Shown: in pieces, positions 39,738-41,475 of the stretch | How positions within the stretch are numbered: position 1 is the first letter of the stretch | How the letters are laid out: every line of letters starts with the position of its first letter | Source: a virus | Virus record (IMG/VR): IMGVR_UViG_3300001682_000073 | Coordinates: 1-41,475 of that record | Reading direction: 5' to 3' (one strand) | Length of the DNA stretch: 41,475 nucleotides | Notes under the pieces: model-generated | Database searches by the model: none | The model's input: the letters and a program-made list of their open reading frames with translations, nothing else | What the model was told of the DNA's origin: nothing | Made by a program: the position numbers and the translations under genes

Positions 39738-40210
39738 GTTTTGTCCTCCGTAAAGGGAAGATCGATAAGTTCGGGTTTGTTCTCATGTGTCCATATTGCA
39801 CCTAACATATTCCAAACAAATGCCCTGTCGTGCGGCTCGTCCGTGTCGCCACGCCTGAATTTCAGGTAATGGCGAACACCACTGTCAATAAAACAATGAA
39901 CCGGGATTCCTTTTTCCCAATTACGTTCGTCATATTTTTTAGCACCTTCTTCATATTGAATTGATGCTTCGAGAAATGTTGTATACATATTTTTATAAGT
40001 CTGTGTTACAAATTCTGTTAATGCGTTCCATAAATATGCTAAACTACCTTTTCTGATATATAGCTCAATGTTAATTAAAACAGGATCGTTTAATGCACTT
40101 CCGATTATTCCTAAAGGTAATAAATCACAACGCCCTTTGCCCTCTGCAATATCCCGGACAGCACCGGTTTTGAATTCTCTGCGTGCGCCAGAATCTTTCA
40201 ATTCAGCCAT
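39734..40210 (-). CDS. dATP/dGTP diphosphohydrolase-like (MazG-like all-alpha NTP pyrophosphatase) protein
   Basis: DSGARREFKTGAVRDIAEGKGRCDLLP ... KKYDERNWEKGIP ... RRGDTDEPHDRAF matches the family signature as I recall it. Confidence 0.5.
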   Translation of the reverse strand: MAELKDSGARREFKTGAVRDIAEGKGRCDLLPLGIIGSALNDPVLINIELYIRKGSLAYLWNALTEFVTQTYKNMYTTFLEASIQYEEGAKKYDERNWEKGIPVHCFIDSGVRHYLKFRRGDTDEPHDRAFVWNMLGAIWTHENKPELIDLPFTEDKT

Positions 40211-40222
40211 GTTGTTCCCTCC

Positions 40223-41011
40223 TTAAATTACAGCTTCAAAGTATTTTTCTTTTCCGTATAAAGTAATTGGGGTCTTGCCCCTGGATGCAGGCCTGAGCAT
40301 TTTCCTGAACGCGTACCCTCCATATTCCTGCCACGGTGCGGCTATAACCCAAAGCGTGTCACGTTGCGTAACGTAGTTGTTGTGTGGGTCTATGCACAGT
40401 CTTGACGGTCTGCCAGCCAGCTTCTTGTGAACGTGACCCATTATCATAATGTCAATGCCTTCGACGGAATATAGGAAGTCCTCAATTTTGTTGACAGCAC
40501 CGCCGGATTTAGCACCGCCACCGTTACCGTGAATACAGCAAAGCGTATATGTAGCCTTCTTTCCGTTATTTGTCTTTCTTCCGAATGACACTTTCAAAAA
40601 TGCTCCGTCCGGTTTATATAAATCGTCAAGCTCAAGTGCAATAGCTATGTCCTCCAACGGGTGATTGTCAACGTCTTTTGTACTGCGCCACTCATGGTTT
40701 CCGGGAACGATGCAGAGGATCCTGTCTTTTACGCACCGCAACTCATGGATAAGCCATTTCTTTTGTTCCTGCGGGTTCATCGTTTCCTCGTATACGTTGG
40801 ATACGCTCGATTTAATCGCATTGTTCATTAAGTCGCCTTGAATAGTTATGAATCTGTTAGGCTTGTCCAGTATGTGCCGTATGAATTTATGAAATAAAGG
40901 AATGTCAGTCTTTTTGTCGCCTATATGTAAGTCCACAAGTGGGTATATTTCCAATGTCTCAAAGTCACTGGATAGATCATGTACGATAAGTTTCTCAGGC
41001 AAATTGTTCAC
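40223..41011 (-). CDS. Calcineurin-like metallophosphoesterase
   Basis: DLHIGD, GDLMNN, GNHEW and GHVHK motifs in canonical order. Confidence 0.8.
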   Translation of the reverse strand: MNNLPEKLIVHDLSSDFETLEIYPLVDLHIGDKKTDIPLFHKFIRHILDKPNRFITIQGDLMNNAIKSSVSNVYEETMNPQEQKKWLIHELRCVKDRILCIVPGNHEWRSTKDVDNHPLEDIAIALELDDLYKPDGAFLKVSFGRKTNNGKKATYTLCCIHGNGGGAKSGGAVNKIEDFLYSVEGIDIMIMGHVHKKLAGRPSRLCIDPHNNYVTQRDTLWVIAAPWQEYGGYAFRKMLRPASRGKTPITLYGKEKYFEAVI

Positions 41012-41475
41012 CGCCTTGACTATTTTCTTTTGATTTTTTGGCTCGTCCCTTCTTTATAAAGTCTCTTGACAGCTTGTAACCGTCCTTGTCGTGGGAGAGA
41101 ATGCCGTATTCTTTCAGTTTGTTCACAATCTCAGCCGTTTTAGCCCTGCTCTTACCGAATATGTCTATGAAGTCCTCAAACCGTAACGGCTTTTTCTTGC
41201 GTTTATACTTCAATAATCCGGTGTGCCATGAAGTTTTGCTGAGAAGCGGCCATAAGTAACCTAATATCTCATAATCAGGTTTTTTCTCGTTGATGAACTT
41301 ATCTAAGTCTCGTTCAACTACCATGTAATACGATGGCTTACCGCCGGTCCTACTTTTGCTTCTGTCTGCGTCAGGCGGTTTGCGTTCAAATTCGTACCAC
41401 AGTTTGCCGATCTCAATGTCGCCGACTTTAAGGATTAATTGAATCCCTTTATCGTTTTTGAAGCCCTTAACAATA
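40995..41475 (-). CDS. C-terminal body of the junction-spanning winged-helix-like protein (N-terminus at 141..1; 41388..41475 duplicates 1..88)
   Basis: The frame is open upstream of the track M at 41324 through to the window end. C-terminus reads SRAKTAEIVNKLKEYGILSHDKDGYKLS (wHTH-like). Confidence 0.6.
   Translation of the reverse strand, partial: IVKGFKNDKGIQLILKVGDIEIGKLWYEFERKPPDADRSKSRTGGKPSYYMVVERDLDKFINEKKPDYEILGYLWPLLSKTSWHTGLLKYKRKKKPLRFEDFIDIFGKSRAKTAEIVNKLKEYGILSHDKDGYKLSRDFIKKGRAKKSKENSQGGEQFA
41388..41475. repeat. Second copy of the 88-bp terminal repeat
   Basis: Identical to 1..88. Confidence 0.95.

Noticed and set aside
1-41475. Integrase, excisionase, TnpA, reverse transcriptase (DGR/retron), partition or telomerase genes
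   Set aside because: I read all ORFs of 44 aa or more on both strands and recognised no tyrosine or serine recombinase, HUH/Y1 transposase or RT motifs (for example YxDD). TnpB is not a recombinase. Profile searches are still needed to confirm the absence.

Overview
The window is a complete dsDNA tailed-phage genome. Its first 88 bp are identical to its last 88 bp, so the contig closes into a circle or is terminally redundant, with a unique length of 41,387 bp. Strong GGAGG-type ribosome-binding sites (RBS), an XhlA-type lysis protein, an ArpU/sigma-region-4-like regulator and a copper-amine-oxidase-like stalk domain point to a low-GC Gram-positive (Firmicutes/Clostridia-like) host.

Almost all genes lie on the minus strand. 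Read in the minus direction, the order is:
- Early genes, from the early promoter at ~17.2 kb: Cro-like HTH, Rha/KilAC antirepressor and small early genes.
- Recombination and replication: PD-(D/E)XK nuclease, PAPS-reductase-like protein, possible annealing protein, YopX, replication organizer, DnaB, SSB, Dam methylase and RusA-like resolvase.
- An array of small Cys-rich proteins, then a RuvC-like resolvase and the late regulator.
- A three-gene plus-strand island.
- terS, then a 450-bp structured non-coding region.
- A winged-helix gene that spans the circular junction, then a nucleotide-hydrolase trio.
- terL, portal, a solo plus-strand tnpB element, glycosyltransferase, scaffold, capsid, tail and fiber genes.
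- A protease moron, two large virion proteins and the lysis cassette.

No tape-measure/sheath/major-tail layout is recognisable, so I infer a podovirus-like virion.

The most notable observations are:
1. A catalytically intact, promoter-equipped TnpB (IS200/IS605 OrfB) with a candidate omega-RNA lies antisense inside the head operon. No TnpA is present.
2. The lysogeny module is decayed. A truncated CI-like HTH ORF runs into a tRNA-Arg(TCT)-like 3' fragment (attP-like), and the genome has no integrase.
3. An array of at least 8 small zinc-ribbon genes is joined by recurring identical gene-junction sequences.
4. A metallophosphatase, a dNTP-diphosphohydrolase-like protein and a HAD phosphatase sit together between terS and terL.
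5. A secreted trypsin-like protease gene has its own terminator inside the virion module.
6. A glycosyltransferase lies next to a Thr-rich scaffold protein.

All functional calls come from motifs read by eye; no database search was possible.
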